Positions 62,567 to 64,000 of a stretch of 64,000 nt of DNA are shown here, one piece after another. Position numbers and translations under genes: made by a program. Location: contig OZ361260.1 in the NCBI GenBank assembly GCA_977018835.1, positions 3,038,001 through 3,102,000 of the forward strand, written 5' to 3'. Each line of letters begins with the position of its first letter. The first letter of the stretch is position 1. Under the pieces are notes generated by a model. That model was not told where the DNA came from and made no database searches. It was given only the letters and a program-made list of their open reading frames with translations. The stretch comes from Minutocellus sp. GHC0000111. Lineage: Eukaryota.

Positions 62567-63134
62567 ATTTTGCCGGCGTCTTGGAATGTGAAAGAAGGAG
62601 GGCTTTGTTCGCCGCCTTTCACAGGTGAAGGTATTGGTCTGTGTTACCCTCCGCACGCTCTCACGCTCTCTCACTCTCTCTTGAGACAAACCGTGAGGAT
62701 AACCGTCCGAGAGAGCTGGCGATGCAGCGTAGGAGTTCTACTTGGTGGCTGCTCCCTTTTTACTAATCGCTTGAAGAAGGAACACGTGAAAGGTTTATTG
62801 GTTGGAGTTGGCCACGCCAACCGCAAAGGTTGCAAGTCTGTCCCGTCGCTTTCTCAACATGTTTCAAGCTTCATTCATGCCTGATTTTCTCGATGGGCGT
62901 CGCCGAAGTGGCAGAAAAGAGAGGCCGGCTCTCGTCAGGTTCCGGGTTTCTTTTGGTCAAAGCATGATGACCTCATTATGGCGTCTCAGAAACTTCCCCC
63001 GTGTTCCAAAATTTTCAATTTCTTTTTTCCGCCACATCACCTCATTTCTCTTCTTATTCGGCATTCCATAACATCACAAGGATAATTAAATGAATGCACG
63101 GAGGCAAAGAATAGGCCCACTGTCGGTGCCAATA

Positions 63135-64000
63135 ATGGCCGCGGTGGCGCCATTCCTGGTCGTCGTGTCGCTGTTGTCGTCGGTATCTTCGGCGTTCAGT
63201 TGGACGGCGGGCCCTGCGGGTGCGGCGAGCCGGCCGGCCGGCGTGCAGGTTCCTCACCGGCGGCTACAGCAGCAGCAGCAGCAGCAGCGGCGGCGGCAGC
63301 GGCGGCAGCGGCATTGCGGCGCAAGGAGCGGTGACAGGTACTGCAATAACGTGAGTTTGTACATGAGCGATGACAACATTGATGATGATATCGAGGCGCT
63401 CATGGCCGAGGGAGCCGAGCCCAATGGTGGAGGTGCGGCTTCACCAGCAGGCGGGGAACCGGCACAAGCCCAGAGTGTGAGCGCTGCTGCTGGTAGCAAC
63501 AGCCTCGGCATCGACTTTGGTTCGAGCAATACCAACCCAACGACCGACATGGGCATTATCAGCCCCGAGGGAGGGGTCGGCGCCCCGTGCGTCATCAAGG
63601 TCCTCGGCGTCGGCGGCGGAGGCGGCAATGCCGTCAACCGGATGATCCAGACGGCCATCCAGGGCGTCGCCTTTTGGGCCATCAACACCGACGCCCAGGC
63701 TCTGGCCAAGAGCTTGGCCCCCAACGTCCTCAACATTGGTCAGTCGACCACCCGCGGCCTCGGCGCCGGCGGCGATCCCCGCGTCGGCGAGCAGGCCTGC
63801 CTCGAGAACTACGAGGACGTCAAGCACATCTGCAACGGGGCCGACATGGTCTTCATCACGGCCGGTATGGGCGGCGGTACCGGATCGGGAGCCGCCCCCG
63901 TCGTGGCCGAGGTGGCCAAGAAGGAGTGCGGCTGCCTCACCGTCGGCGTCGTTACCAAGCCCTTCGCCTTCGAGGGGCGGAAGCGGATGAAGCAGGCCGA
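63135..64000 (+). CDS. ftsZ: Plastid division protein FtsZ (3'-truncated by window)
   Basis: Signal peptide ..[55 protein letters not shown]; frame open to the window end, so absent from the ORF track. Confidence 0.96.
   Translation, partial: MAAVAPFLVVVSLLSSVSSAFSWTAGPAGAASRPAGVQVPHRRLQQQQQQQRRRQRRQRHCGARSGDRYCNNVSLYMSDDNIDDDIEALMAEGAEPNGGGAASPAGGEPAQAQSVSAAAGSNSLGIDFGSSNTNPTTDMGIISPEGGVGAPCVIKVLGVGGGGGNAVNRMIQTAIQGVAFWAINTDAQALAKSLAPNVLNIGQSTTRGLGAGGDPRVGEQACLENYEDVKHICNGADMVFITAGMGGGTGSGAAPVVAEVAKKECGCLTVGVVTKPFAFEGRKRMKQA

Noticed and set aside
63263..63312. CAG/CGG microsatellite
   Set aside because: In-frame poly-Gln/Arg in the FtsZ transit region; ordinary

Overview
Gene-dense eukaryotic DNA, almost certainly from a diatom or related ochrophyte (signal-peptide + 'AF' plastid-targeting motifs on PGK and FtsZ, a FEA1/ISIP2-type protein, a secreted LRR family, short GT-AG introns). 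About 30 protein-coding loci are present, including Rpn6, a CRAL-TRIO protein, two bZIPs, a shortened NOT1-like gene, an MFS transporter, TrmO, PGK, two carrier proteins, RPL17, a heme peroxidase, five LRR paralogs and FtsZ. There are two inverted, degenerate copies of a ~3.5 kb DD39D mariner-type transposon with 22-bp TIRs (7119-10571 and 46574-50080). The first copy carries 1.29 kb of the DNA flanking the second copy, including a full RPL17 gene, closed by a duplicated 11-bp TIR tip + TA. Aligning the copies shows a strongly biased TpA->TpG/CpA (A:T->G:C) mutation pattern, the reverse of fungal RIP; it also hits the captured RPL17 and the TA target sites. Intergenic DNA is full of chained TA-delimited palindromes that resemble excision footprints, and a 442-bp MITE lies upstream of PGK. 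Several single-base frameshifts in ordinary genes suggest residual assembly error. All alignments, counts and family assignments were made by eye; no database searches were run.
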